Positions 1 through 13,974 of a stretch of DNA of 64,000 nucleotides are shown here, in pieces; the first letter of the stretch is position 1; each line of letters opens with the position of its first letter. Source of the DNA: Eledone cirrhosa (taxonomy: Eukaryota); NCBI GenBank assembly GCA_964016885.1, contig OZ024748.1, positions 13,454,001-13,518,000 of the forward strand. The letters are read 5' to 3'. Below the pieces are notes generated by a model. That model was not told the DNA's origin. It made no database searches and saw only the letters and a list, made by a program, of their open reading frames with translations. A program made the translations under genes and the position numbers.

Positions 1-366
1 CAATTATTTCTTCTATTGAGAATGGATGAATGTCGTCTGTAGTTCCTTCGCTCTATGTGGTATTGCTGATCCCTTGTCGCAGTACAAGCGACACTTCGTC
101 TCAAATATAACCAAGAAAGATAAGCTTTGATAAGCTCAGTAATGCGTAAACCGATCAATCTTAAATAAAAATATGTTTCTTAATTCCTCTCTGATCTCCA
201 TTTCTGAACTATGATAGTAATTTATTTTCTATTAATCTGTTTCATTTTCATTTCCTATTGCACTGGAAATTTGTGTATATAGAAACATTTGATAATTTTT
301 CAGCTCATCCTTGTTTTATCGCATATATATATAGACACACACACACACGCCCCCCGCCCCCCCCCC

Positions 367-447
<81 letters not shown>

Positions 448-1521
448 TATATTTTCCGACGGAATTACTTCATTTACACATATATAAATATATATATATG
501 CGAAATATATATATATATATGCGAAAATATGAGTTATTCATATAATTCAAAGTACCAGCCTAGTGACACTTTCTGTCAAATTGAATCTCTTTAAGGACCA
601 TGTAAACTGTACACGAGTTGTGACATTTTGAATATCAAATGAAACAATCCATGTCAAAGACACATTTATTTATGTTAAAACTCAATATGTCAGATAGCAA
701 TAAAATCAATATCTCAGATCATATTATCGTGGAACCATATATACGGTCATCTGATCAGCTAAACTTAATGATCCACAACTCACACACATTACATTCTGTC
801 ATCTGCCCTTGAAAGAAATATTGTAGTTATTAGGTTTATAATTTCACACCCCTTTAAGTTTGAAGTAGCACTAAAGGCACTCTTACTATTTTTAGCAATA
901 GTCTCTTGTTTGTAGGAATCTAGAATGTACCAAGATTCCCTCGATGAACGCATCCCCAACGTATTTCACTAGAACGGGCCCTATATTTTGGTGATTCCTA
1001 CTGGAAAACGAAAACTGAAATGGTTCTTTTAAGGGGTTTGAATTCAAAATCTTAAACCCTAGCTATAACAATTAGGCCAATCCAGTACTTGACGATAGCT
1101 TTCTCCCTACATCAAACTGGTCATAGAAGACACAAATAAAGCCAAGGGTAATACCGTTCCCTCCCTGACTAAGCGATAAAAAGAAATAACACCAAGAAAC
1201 AAAAAAGATAAATAAGTTAATAGAAATATGAGACCCTTAAATGGTTTCGGTTACAATTTGAGTTTTTAGAGGCCACGCAACTGAAGACTCTAAGCTTTTA
1301 AGCCTCAACAAATTAGCCGAAGGTTATCAGCCTAGCATTGTTGGTAAATCTTTCGACTCAGGAGATAAGAAAATATGTTTTAAATGAGAAAATATCTTTA
1401 TATTGTATTTTGTAGCAGAACTTGTCCCTTCATTCTGTTGCCCTAAGGTGCAAACATACACTTAAGAAAATTATATATACATATATATATATATACATGT
1501 GTATGCATGTATATATATGCA

Positions 1522-1623
<102 letters not shown>

Positions 1624-1636
1624 TACATATATACAT

Positions 1637-1679
<43 letters not shown>

Positions 1680-2269
1680 ACGAGAGAGAGAGACACACAC
1701 ACACATATATATAATATATATGTATATAAATCGGTCATTACCCTATATATAGGTTTAAGGAGTTCAGTTTATGAGATATGAATGTAAATACAATTTAATT
1801 GCAGGAATAACAATAATAATAATAGTAATAATAATAATAATGATATGAGCATATTGATGATTATGATGATGATGATGATGATGTCAAAAATTGAAACAAC
1901 ATCTAGGATATAAATAAACAATTATTAATATATTCTTCTTCCTTTTCCTATCTAAATCTCCTCTCTCCTTCTTTATGTCTATATTTATATACGTATATAA
2001 ATGTGTATGCGTGTGTGTCTGTTTGTATGTATATATATGCACGTGTGTGTATGAGTACGTGTTTATACGTGTGTTGGACTGTTAAAACAATATCTGATCT
2101 TTTTCATTCATAATAAATCAAATCGAGAAAAGAATACTCGTTAGTCAAATTAGATTCGCTATATCAGTTAAGGTTGCTGTAGGTTCTACATTGACACCTG
2201 TTTGATATAGGTTCACTTCGTATGAGGAATAATATGTGTACGAGACGAATAACAGCGTCATTATAAGTA

Positions 2270-2455
2270 GTGGATTGGCAGTATCTGTAGAGGGTCGGAC
2301 GCCATGCTTTGCAGCACAGTTACGTCCCTTTACGGACTGAGTTCATATCCCGCCGAGGTTAACTTTGCCTTTCATCCTTACGGGGTCGATAAAATAAAGT
2401 ACCAGTAATACACTGGATAATTGCTGGCCTTGTGCCAAAAGTAGAAACAATTATA
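2270..2455 (+). mobile_element. tRNA-derived SINE family A (Nin/Deu-like central domain)
   Basis: A-box-like TGGCAGTATC, B-box-like GAGTTCATATCC, central GCCTTTCATCCTTACGGGGTCGATAAAATAAAGTACC, and a 3' gtagaaacaatta tail. Confidence 0.85.
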
Positions 2456-2889
2456 AGTTATTAGTTAAATTTTCAAATCTCTTTCATCGCACATTCTGTG
2501 ACCTCTGCCATGATTATTTGTTCTTCTTTCCTGAGTGAAATTCTAATATTTTGTGTCATTTTATAGGTAAAATTGGCATCATGAGGACCCCCAAATATAA
2601 GAATGTATATATATATATATATATATATGTGTGCGTGTGTGTGTATATATATATATGTGTTTTTTTATCATTTATTTTGTTTTGACCTGTTTAGCTTGAT
2701 TTGCTTTTTTGCTTAGGTGGTTGATGCTTTCTTGACCACTATTTCAGTTTTGTATGGCGTCTTAACATATTGTTTAGCTCTGGTTTTTTAACTATGGAGC
2801 GCTTGCCAGCATTATTTCTGATTTTTGCGTTTCGTTTCGCCTTTTCTAACTGCCGAAATGCGATTCTCGCTAAATCTATGCTTATATAT

Positions 2890-2923
<34 letters not shown>

Positions 2924-3004
2924 TTATTAAAATAACAGATTAAAGTTTAAGCAAAGAATCGCTGCTTTCATATATACAATACATATATATACATATGTAT
3001 ATAT

Positions 3005-3051
<47 letters not shown>

Positions 3052-3065
3052 TATATATATATTAC

Positions 3066-3104
<39 letters not shown>

Positions 3105-3105
<1 letters not shown>

Positions 3106-3463
3106 GTAATAATAATAAATTTGAAGACTAAAATCCAAAGAGGGCTCGAAAAGGATAAATATATATCAAATATATAAGAACCGTAGAGCAAATATTTATT
3201 AAAATAACAGATTAAAGTAACAAAGTCAATCTGTGAACACAGAAGTGAATATTTCAAAAAACGTCTTTTTAGAAATGTTCAGATGTTGTTTCTGCATGAT
3301 GGATGGATTTTAGTCTTAAAATTTATTATTATTACTATTTGGCTCCCTCGGTTGAGAACTCTATTGATTTATATTCATCATGCAGAAACAACATCTGAAC
3401 GTTTTTTGAAATATTCACTTCTGTGTTCACAGATTGACTTTCTTACTTTAATCTGTTATTTTA

Positions 3464-3470
<7 letters not shown>
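3105..3470. mobile_element. Fold-back element between (TA)n tracts; shares terminal modules with 2920-2971, 26980-27022, 43530-43582 and 61034-61268
   Basis: About 3190-3302 is inverted at about 3376-3470. Shared modules are actttaatctgttattttaataaata and tggattttagtcttcaaatttattattattactat-(TA)n. Confidence 0.7.
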
Positions 3471-3542
<72 letters not shown>

Positions 3543-4830
3543 ATCGAATGAGAGTAAATGTTTGTCTAAGAATTAATTTTCTTTTCCAGTTTCTGTGTTT
3601 CTCCGTCTGAAATGTCACGTCTTGCATAAGATCCAAAGTTTGTAGAATTTATTTTTTCTTACATAAAAGAAATCATTTTCTCATTAAACGTCAAAAAATT
3701 CCCCTGATTTATTCACCAAACTCCTGTCGTCTGCTTCAACCATACTTCGCTTCTATGTTTTTTTCCTTATATTACTTTTTCCTTGCTTGCTTATTTTCAT
3801 TTTTTTACGACTCTGACGCATCTGAGAATTTTTTTTTGTTGGGGAAGCATTTGTCGTTATTTGTATATGTGTGTGTGTTTGACTGCGTGTGTGGTTGTTT
3901 GTGTGTGTATATATGTGTGTGTGTATGTGTGTGCATATGTATGTGTGTGTTTCAGTGTGTAGTTGTGTATGTATATGTGTGTATATGATTGTTTGGGTGT
4001 GTGTGGTTCTTTTTGTGTGTGTGTGGTTTTTTTTGTGTGTGTGTGTATGGTTGTTTGTGTGTGTGTGTATGGTTGTATGTGTATGTATGTGTTTGTTTGT
4101 GCGTTTTTGTATTTGTTTGTGTGTGTCTGTGTGTGTGTTTGCGTGTGTTTATGTGTGTGGTTTTCTATGTTTCTATGTGTGTGTTTCGATGTTTCTATCT
4201 GTGTGTGTATATATGTGTGTATATGTCTGTATATATATGTCTGTGTGTATGTATGTGTGTGTATATATGTGTGTGTGTGTGTTTCTATGTTTATGTTTTA
4301 ACTCTCTCTTCCAAATGTGTATTGTATCGGTGTGTTTGTGACTTTTAGCGTTCCCTCGTTATATTTCTTTTATTGCCTTCAACTTGTTTCTCTACATTTT
4401 TGGGAGATTATTTATTGTAGACTTTTCACTTATATATCTATGGAGATATTTTTCAACCTTTTACAGCTAATCATACATTACTGCACAAATGTTGCATTAC
4501 TGGCCCACACTGTTTATATTTTAATGTATTTATATGTTATCACCTATATAAAATGATTGCAATACGGAAAACGGAATGACTAGAGATTAGTACAGTATTC
4601 AACGGCTTTTTCGAAACACAGTTCGTATAGAAATTATTAAAATCTCGAATAATATTTTCAGCGAACAAACCTTCAGACCAGCTGAGACGCAAATGGTACT
4701 CCGTTAGGATTTTACTAATTTTCTTTTCCATATTTGTTTGATTATGTATTATTATTTTTTGCTTACTTTCTCATTTAATACATCTTTTCCTATCCTGTCT
4801 ATCTGTCCGCTTTTACTTATATCTATATTC

Positions 4831-5178
4831 ATGGCTTAGTGATTAGATCACCGATCTTACAATCGTGAAGTCGTGAGTTAGATTACCGTGTGTTTTAAGT
4901 TCATGAGCAAGACACTTTATTTCACGTTGCCCCAGTTTACTCAGTTGTAGAAATGAGTTTGAACTTCACTGATGCCAAGCTGTATATGCCTTAACCTTTC
5001 CCTTGGACAACATCGGTGACGTGGAGAGGCATGTGAAGGCGCATGGCTTAGTGGTTAGAGCATTGGGTTTGCAATCGAAAGGTTGTGAGTTGAATTCTCG
5101 GACCGGGTTACGTGTTGTTTCCTTGAGCAAGACGCTTTATTTCACGTTGCTCCAGTTTACTCAGCTGTAGAAATGAGA
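4831..5178 (+). mobile_element. Two tandem tRNA-derived CORE-type SINE copies (family B)
   Basis: A-box TGGCTTAGTGG, a B-box-like motif, and CORE-like ccttgagcaagacactttatttcac. Confidence 0.8.
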
Positions 5179-6320
5179 TGATAGAACTGGGGTCCCTATC
5201 AGTAAATTACCCAAGACACCTCCAACGAGATATACCTCGGAGAAGGCTAGCTAAACCTGCATAGGTGTGAGCTGTCACACACACACGCGGAGAGGGGACT
5301 GCTGGTCTTCTACTAACAACCTTGCCTGAACTTGTGCCTAAGAGTGGGTTTTCTAGGTGCAAATCTATTGGTCACTCTTGAACGAAAGGGAGTATTTACT
5401 CTTTACCCTTTATATTTTCTACATAGGTTACCAGCTTGAACATCTGTAGGTTAATGTCAGCGTTTACAGAACAAAATGTGGGCTTGTGAGGAAAATTACA
5501 TAGAGATTGGAGATCTATATAGACACGACAGAACTAGATATATACGAGAGTCGTTTGGAAAGTTCATATGAGGAATATGAAAGGTTGATGCTAGAGCTGT
5601 GAAATGTTGTATGCATTAATTTCTACTCCTTTTATAAATAACAGCATTGTTTCCTTCCAGGGACAATGTTTAAAAATAAACCTGATTTGATCATTCAAAC
5701 AGAGTGTCTTTGTCGGTCTATGAACTTTACCGTTGAGTCGGTAGATTACTCAAGGATATGGAAAATATGCCGTTAGCTAGTTCAGAATAGTAGACGTATA
5801 ATGAATTTCAAACTCATATCCTATATTTTATAAAATATAAAAAGAAACAGACCACAGCGAATGAGTATGACGAACACAATTCCCATCATAGATATTTTCC
5901 GATCATCATTTATCTAATGTTAACCATTTCATTGCCATATTTCTAACGAAAAACCACTCTCTATCATGTTTTTCAATCATTTTGAAGTATAACTTAACAA
6001 ACATCCTTACATAAAATTATAATGGAATATTTTCAGATAAATATAAACATTTTTACCCATTCATTACCATATTTTTAATGAAAGACATTGCTATTTATTT
6101 TCAACATACTTTACAAAATTTGAAAAATTTAATAACATAACTAATTTTTTTATTATTAAGTTTGTTATCGTAACATAAATATACTTTCATAAAATTATGA
6201 TGCAGTGCTCTCAGATAAACATAAACACTTTAGGTGGTTTGGTAATAAATGGCTTAAATGATAATAACATCAACAACAACGACTACACTAACAACAAAAA
6301 CAGCAATAACGGCAACTGTA

Positions 6321-7081
6321 ATAACTGTTTCTGATTTAGGCACAAGGCCAACATTCCTTTTTTTTTCCGTTACCGGTACTATATTTTATCGATTCCGTTA
6401 GGATGAAAGACGAAGCTAACTTCGGTGGGATTTCAACTCAGAATATTAAGGGACGGAAATCTATGCCGCGGACCATGGAGTTCAACGCTCTACCGATAGT
6501 GACAATCCAACGGCCATGATTTCTGATTTAGGCAAGTGGACAACAACTCCTCTGAGGGTGACCCAATTAAATCGACCCCAGTGCGTTACTGGTACTTTAT
6601 TTTATCGACCGTGTAAGGATGAAAGGAAAATCTAACTATGTACTGCAAACCTTGTTGTCCAGCTCTCTACTGATACTGCTAATCTACCATCCTAACAACA
6701 ACAATAGCAATTAAATAATTGTTTCTACTTTAGGCACAAAGCCAGCAATTACCCCAGTACGTTACTGGTACTTTATTTTATCGACCCCGTAAGGATGAAA
6801 GGCAAAGTTAACCTCGGCAAGATTGGAACTCAGACCGTAAAAGGCGGCAACTCTCTGCCAATCCAATGCTCTAAATTAAATAATGTAGTAGTTAAATAAT
6901 TGTTTCTACTTCTGGCAGAAGGCCAGCAATTACGCAGTACATTACTGGTGCTTTATTTTATCGACCTCGTATGGATGAGAGGCTAAGTTAACCTACGCGT
7001 GATGTGAACTCAGAATGGCAAGGGCCGTAACTCTATGCGTCAAAGCATGGCGTCCGACCCTCTACTGATACTGCCAATCCA
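6321..7081 (-). mobile_element. Tandem cluster of four SINE family A copies
   Basis: Four head-to-tail occurrences of ggtactttattttatcgac...aggatgaaagg. Confidence 0.85.
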
Positions 7082-7360
7082 ATAATGTAGTAACACTGGA
7101 AATTTCAATAAAATATTGTTTTATAAAACTCATTTAATGAAAAATATTAACAAATAAATAAGCTGATATATTTAATTAATCAAATATAAATTACGTATAT
7201 GTCTATTTGAGATTCCTGTTAATATAGCAGCATCTAATTAGAATATCGTAATTATCAACACTTTTGTCTCTCTCTCTCTAAACAATATATAAATAAATAA
7301 AAAATAAAAAATATATATATAAATAAATAAATAAATATATATATATATATATATATATTG

Positions 7361-7419
<59 letters not shown>

Positions 7420-7920
7420 AAGTACGACTAACATATATATTTGAAGGGTTGCCAACTATCGTATATTCTTGCCTTGATATAAATTACGATTCGAAGGACA
7501 TGTTGTGTGAGATAGGTGTCAATATTGCCCACAGCAAAAATCTTGCCACAATAAATACTTTGGTTCTTTGCCAATTAAAGACTTGGAACGTTTTACAACT
7601 ATAGCCAGCTGTATTTGAGAAACATTTTTGGCAATCGGTTAGATTTACATATTAAGTCGAACACAAAAACTGCGTTGCATGAAACATCTCTTATAAAGTC
7701 TGCACTTAGTTTCAGCAGTTCGATAAAACACATGTTCTAATTCGACTATAGGTCAGCGTTTTATTTTTTGTTATTTGTGTGTGTGTTTGTTTGATTGATT
7801 GGGTTTTTTTTATCTATCATCCCATTAGCAGGATCGATAATAGAATTACTGCTATGTAAAATGTGGTAGAGTTAAATAAACGACAGTGTATTAAATATAT
7901 TGGATGGTTTTGTATGATTA

Positions 7921-8862
7921 TTGGATTGGCAGTATCGGTAGAGAGTCGGACGCCATGCTTTGACGCATATAGTTACGGCCCTTGCCATTCTGAGTTCAAA
8001 TCCCGCCGAGGTTGATTTTTTGCCTTTCATCCTTACCGGGTCGATAAAATAAAGTACCAGTAATGTACTGGGTAATCGCTGGCCTTGTGCCAAAAACTAG
8101 AAACAATTATCAGGATTGGTAGCATCGGTGGAGGGTCGGACACCGTGCTTTGCAGCAAAGAGTTACGACCCTTCATGACCTGAGTTCAAATCCCGCCGAG
8201 GTTAACTTTGCCTTTCATTCTTACGGGGTCGATAAAATAAAAAAAAGGGTAATTGCTGGCCTTGTGCCAAAAGTAGAAACAATTATTAGGATTGGGGGTG
8301 GCCAGCCAGTGGACTCCCATTTCTTTATAATAGTGAGAGATGTGGAGAGTAAGAGAGACGAAGGCAATGACAATGGCCATTTGATTCTATTATGTTCAGT
8401 CTTTATAGGGCGGTGGATTGGCAGAATCGGTAGACTGTCGGATAACATGCTTAGTGGCATAGGGTTACGGCCCTTTATGATCTGAGTTCAAATCCTGTCG
8501 AGGTTAACTTTCCATTTCATTTCCTACGGGGTCGATAAAATAAAGCATCAGTAATGTACTGGAGTCGATTTAATCGACTTTACTCACCCCCAAAATAATT
8601 GGCCTTGTGCCTATACTATAAATCATTATTAGGATTGACAGGGCGGTGGATTGGCAGTATCGGTAGAGGGTCGGACGCCATGCTTTCCAGCATAGTTACG
8701 TCCCTTTACGATCTGAGTTCAAATCCCGCCGAGGTTGACTTTGCCTTTCATCCTTACGGGGTCGATAAAATAAAGTACCAGTAATGCACTGGGTAATTGC
8801 TGGCCTTGTGCCTAAAGTAGAAACAATTATTAGGATTGACAGTGTCGGTAGAGCATCGGACA
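7921..8862 (+). mobile_element. Tandem cluster of four SINE family A copies plus a 5' fragment
   Basis: Repeated ggattggcagtatcggtagag...gagttcaaatcccgccgagg...gtagaaacaatta units. Confidence 0.88.
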
Positions 8863-9161
8863 CTTCAATTTATTATAAATTTCCAGTTGGTTGTTTGGTT
8901 GGTTCCACAATCGGATGGTTGTTCATATATTGTCAAACTTCTTTAGTCACACATTCTGTGACCTCTTCAGAGACTGGGGATTCTTTGTTGAAAAACAAGA
9001 TGGCGTAGGACAGAACAAAGGAGAGGGACAAAACAAAGAAAAGAATCCCCAGTCACTGAAGAAGTCACAGAATGTGTGACGAAAGAACTTTGACAATATA
9101 TGAACAACCATCTGGTTGGGGAACCAACCAACCAGCCGGAAATTTATAATAAATTGAAGTG
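8861..9161. mobile_element. Fold-back element (arms of about 125 bp) carrying a hammerhead
   Basis: cacttcaatttattataaat...ggggattctt is inverted as aagaatcccc...atttataataaattgaagtg. The spacer is about 50 nt. Confidence 0.8.
9052..9094 (+). ncRNA. Minimal type I hammerhead ribozyme motif
   Basis: gtca-CTGAAGA-a-gtcaca(gaatg)tgtgac-GAAA-gaac-TT-tgac. Helix I is only 4 bp and helix III is not palindromic. Confidence 0.6.
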
Positions 9162-9329
9162 AAAGTAACTGGTGCGCGTGTTTCTTATTGGCAACATGAC
9201 CCACCCAAAGTATAACAATATCGGTTTCAACACACGTTTTCAGATAAAGAATCTTGCTAAACAAATTCAGAAACGAAATATATATATATATATATACACA
9301 CACATATGTATGTGTGTATATATACATAA

Positions 9330-9364
<35 letters not shown>

Positions 9365-9814
9365 CATGTGTGTGTGTACATACATATATACGTACATGTA
9401 TATATAAATACAAAGGGGTAGTGCGAAGAGAGGTAAGCAACAGAGTGGTCGTGTGGTACGGAGGAAAGAAAGAAGGAGACCAAAGACAGCGTAACAGTGA
9501 TTATCTCCCCCTTCTCCTGCCCCTCTTCCTATGTGAGTTGGCACTAACAATAACTCTGAAAAGTGAGACCTGCTTGGCTTGCCAACGGTCATTGGGTCAT
9601 TAGCAGCATAAATCTCAGTTTCAGCTTGTCAAGAGAAGACAAACCTTCTTGTAGAACGGCTAACGACTTATAACATAAATTTTGTACTTACAAAGATATT
9701 ATATACTCTAGCGCACTAGCTTTCGCTTCGTCGAGAAGTCTAGAAATAGCGACACTCATACACACAGATACACAAACACACAGCCATATACACACACACA
9801 TACAGACACATGAA

Positions 9815-9900
<86 letters not shown>

Positions 9901-10009
9901 TATGTCTGTAAGAGGTGAGTAATATTGTAGAACAATAAAACTATGCATATATCAGATAAGTAGCACTCAACTGGTGTAGAACTGGAGTATATATTATTTT
10001 ATATTATAT

Positions 10010-10079
10010 TATTTTATCTGATGAGAACACAATTTTTGTCCCAGGATGATGTTGTTTTCGAAATGTGCATAATAAAATA
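10010..10079 (+). ncRNA. Minimal type I hammerhead ribozyme motif
   Basis: tattttat-CTGATGA-gaacacaat...gttgttttc-GAAA-tgtgca-TA-ataaaata. Helix I is 8 bp. Confidence 0.82.
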
Positions 10080-10123
10080 TATGGAAATTTTTTAACCATA
10101 TTTTAATTTCTTCTTTTATATAC

Positions 10124-10175
<52 letters not shown>

Positions 10176-10185
10176 TTGTGTATAC

Positions 10186-10259
<74 letters not shown>

Positions 10260-10411
10260 CATAGATTTTGAGTTTATGTTGGTTGTATACCAACACCTCA
10301 GTATGCAGGGTGGAGCACTCGACAAAGTGCGCAGGTTGGTTTGGTTACTCCGGAGTAGTGTAAAATAAATTTAAATAAAAGTCAAATGATTAAAATTTAG
10401 CTTCGTTTATT

Positions 10412-10466
10412 ACTGCTATATATATTTCAGTGACAGCCATCTTTGGCTGTGACCTCTTCAGGCAGT
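10412..10466 (-). ncRNA. Minimal type I hammerhead ribozyme motif (left arm of palindrome)
   Basis: Reverse complement is actgc-CTGAAGA-ggtcacagccaaagatggctgtcact-GAAA-tatata-TA-gcagt, followed by AATAAA. Confidence 0.85.
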
Positions 10467-10705
10467 TTGAATTAGTATGGTATAGACAAGTACATATGTT
10501 GTTTAGGTGTATAATATTGTCAATACTCTGATATGCCCAGTTCCTTGTTGGGTTGTTAATTCACTGAGGAACTGGAGTCATATGAGAGATATAACTCCAG
10601 TTCCTCAGTGAATTAACAACCCAACAAGGAACTAGGCATATCAGAGTATTGACAATATTATACACCTAAACAACATATGTACTTGTCTATACCATACTAA
10701 TTCAA

Positions 10706-10760
10706 ACTGCCTGAAGAGGTCACAGCCAAAGATGGCTGTCACTGAAATATATATAGCAGT
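10706..10760 (+). ncRNA. Minimal type I hammerhead ribozyme motif (right arm of palindrome)
   Basis: actgc-CTGAAGA-ggtcacagcc(aaagat)ggctgtcact-GAAA-tatata-TA-gcagt, with AATAAA at 10761. Predicted cleavage after 10755. Confidence 0.87.
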
Positions 10761-10992
10761 AATAAACGAAGCTAAATTTTAATCATTTGACTTTTATTTA
10801 ACTTTATTTTATATATATACATATATATATGTGTACATAAATATATAATGTATAATATATATATATATAAATATATATACATATGTGTATACATATATAT
10901 ATATATATAAATATATATATACATATATATATATGTATATATATGTATATATTTATATATATATATATATACATATGTATACACATATGTTG

Positions 10993-11210
10993 TGAAGGCG
11001 TGTGGTTGAGTGGTTAGAGAATTGGATTCGCAAACGTGAGGTTGTGAGTTCGATTCCTGGACCAGGCTATGCGTTATGTCCTTGAGCAAGACACTTTATT
11101 TCACGTTACTCCTTCAACCTGGAGTTGCGACCGATAGATAGTATTAGCAATTGGAAAGACCTACGGAAACATTGTCTCCTTGGTCCGATTTGACGAAAGT
11201 CGATCATTCC
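10993..11210 (+). mobile_element. CORE-type SINE family B
   Basis: TGGTTGAGTGG, GAGTTCGATTCC and gtccttgagcaagacacttta. The 3' part is shared with 25483-25708. Confidence 0.85.
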
Positions 11211-11220
11211 TAAAATATGT

Positions 11221-11267
<47 letters not shown>

Positions 11268-11981
11268 TATATACATATATATGTACATAAATATATAATA
11301 TATGATAAATAATATATGATATATGATATATAATATATGATATATGATATATGATATATAATATATAATATATGATTCTTCTATATATATCTATATAAAT
11401 TATTATTATACATTATATATTTATGTACACACACCTATACGTATATGTATATATATATATATACATAAATATATATTGTATAATAATAATTTATATATAT
11501 ATATATATATATATATAAGTATCATATATTATACCTTATATAATATGTAATATATTATAGGTAGTATATACAAAAAGGTATTTGCATGATATATGCATAA
11601 TAAATCTTAAATGTGCAGAACGTAAAAATATATAAATGTATACACACGTTCATACACATATACAGGTACACACACTATCACATAGGCACATAGGCACATA
11701 ACCACACACATATACATCCCCATACACACACACGCATATATACATACACGCGCATATATATACACACACGCGCGCATACATATACACACACACACACACG
11801 AGTTCATTCTGTTTTCACCAGCATTACAATCATTTTTCATACCGGAAACTTAATCTTGAGGCTTGACCGTTTGATTTTTTGTTAAATGACCAATAGAATG
11901 CCAAACTAAACCTGGATGAGAGAGAAAAGATTATATAACAAATTGTATAAAGTATGTATAAATATATATATATATATATAT

Positions 11982-12580
11982 ATATACATTATATTAACAA
12001 ATGGAAACTATATTTATAAAACCATATTTATTCTATTGTACATATTCCAAGGGCCACCAAGGCAAATTATGGTGCGCTTTCATCAGATAAAATATAATAC
12101 AGATTAGTTTTATAAATAATGACATACTCTGAAAAAAAGACAACCTTAACGGTTGGAGCTTCCTGGATAGTGGAGATATTACATTTATTGATGGTGATAT
12201 AAAGTTATGATTGAGTATGCAAATGAGTGTCCGAAAGGTTTAAAAGATAACGGTTTATTTAAATTAAACTGTTGGAAGAAGGTGATATTGTGAGGGAGAG
12301 AGAACAAAGAAAGAAAGAGAAAAAGAAGAACTGGTTATATATATATTTTTTATTTATTTATAAAACTAATCTGTATTATATTTTATCTGATGAAAGCGCA
12401 CCATAATTTGCCTTGGTGGCCCTTGAAATATGTATAATAGAATAAATATGGTTTTATAAATATAGTTTCCATTTGTTAATATATTGTATATTTACTCCAC
12501 TAATCTGTTGAGAGGTTTATATCAGTTATAAAAAAATGTTTAAGCTTGTTGAATCCCAACAAATTAAATATAACCTCTGC
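11982..12580 (+). mobile_element. Penelope-like element with an inverted 5' copy (11982-12118 versus 12354-12490)
   Basis: Inverted arms of about 135 bp around a spacer of about 235 nt, a hammerhead, and (TA)n at both ends. Homologous to 37500-37700. Confidence 0.8.
12381..12442 (+). ncRNA. Minimal type I hammerhead ribozyme motif
   Basis: ttttat-CTGATGA-aagcgcacca...tggtggccctt-GAAA-tatgta-TA-atagaa, with an overlapping AATAAA. The mirror copy at about 12030-12092 has GAAA changed to GGAA. Confidence 0.8.
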
Positions 12581-12741
12581 ATATATATATATATATTTAT
12601 CAGAAGCGGCAGCTAACAATACTTGATGATAGGAGTGTGAAAGTCCAGAACCTTAATGAAGTTCTGTATTTAGACTAAGGTTTGATGCAAAGAATTTATG
12701 AAAAGAAAATCTAAGAAGTCTAATAAAAAATGTAAACCGCA

Positions 12742-12813
<72 letters not shown>

Positions 12814-12986
12814 TGTGTGTGTGTGTGTGTCTTTATTTTATATAGAAATGATCTCTAGAGGGCTAGAAGTGTTTCAACCGTCTGACACAGTTTAGTCAAT
12901 AAACATATAAAATAAAATGCCTACACCTTCCAACATATTGAGTACTTTCTCTACTTATGGTCACCTCATAGTACCCACCCGGCATC

Positions 12987-13019
<33 letters not shown>

Positions 13020-13122
13020 GTGTATGTATGTATATATATATATGTGTCTGTGTGTGTGTGCATGCATAAATATACGTATGTATATGTAAATATATATATA
13101 TATATACATGTAGACATGTATC

Positions 13123-13188
<66 letters not shown>

Positions 13189-13538
13189 TACACACACGCC
13201 GACACATGCACACACATAAATATATATATGTGTGTGTGTATACATATATGTATATACACTGAAGTGGTGCCGTATTGACAGGATTTAAATAATATTTATT
13301 GACCTTGATAAAATGATTTTTGGCAATTATATAACATTGTAGAATTCATAAGTAGCTTATATGGAGAATTGTGACGCCGGGCTAAGCTGGGGTTCCAAGT
13401 CTGATCAGCAGTGAAATTCTCAATTTCTCTCTTTCTCTCACCCCCCCCCCTCCCTCTCATGCTGTGTCTCACTCTCATCACACTCACACTGAAACATTAA
13501 TATGCAAATATGTGTATGTACGTATGTACGAATGCATG

Positions 13539-13630
<92 letters not shown>

Positions 13631-13660
13631 TGTATGTACGTATGTACGAATGTATGTATG

Positions 13661-13715
<55 letters not shown>

Positions 13716-13722
13716 GTATACA

Positions 13723-13864
<142 letters not shown>

Positions 13865-13900
13865 AATATAAATATATATATTTATATCTATTTATATATC

Positions 13901-13974
<74 letters not shown>

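Larger units (their letters stand above)
10262..10811 (-). mobile_element. Penelope-like fold-back element with a palindrome of about 450 bp (10361-10811)
   Basis: Arms of about 220 bp with very few mismatches and an apex near 10586. Each arm holds a hammerhead and AATAAA. TA-rich arrays lie on both sides. Confidence 0.85.

Noticed and set aside
8641-8735. tRNA-like A and B boxes
   Set aside because: These are SINE heads that continue into the SINE body; no convincing cloverleaf is present.
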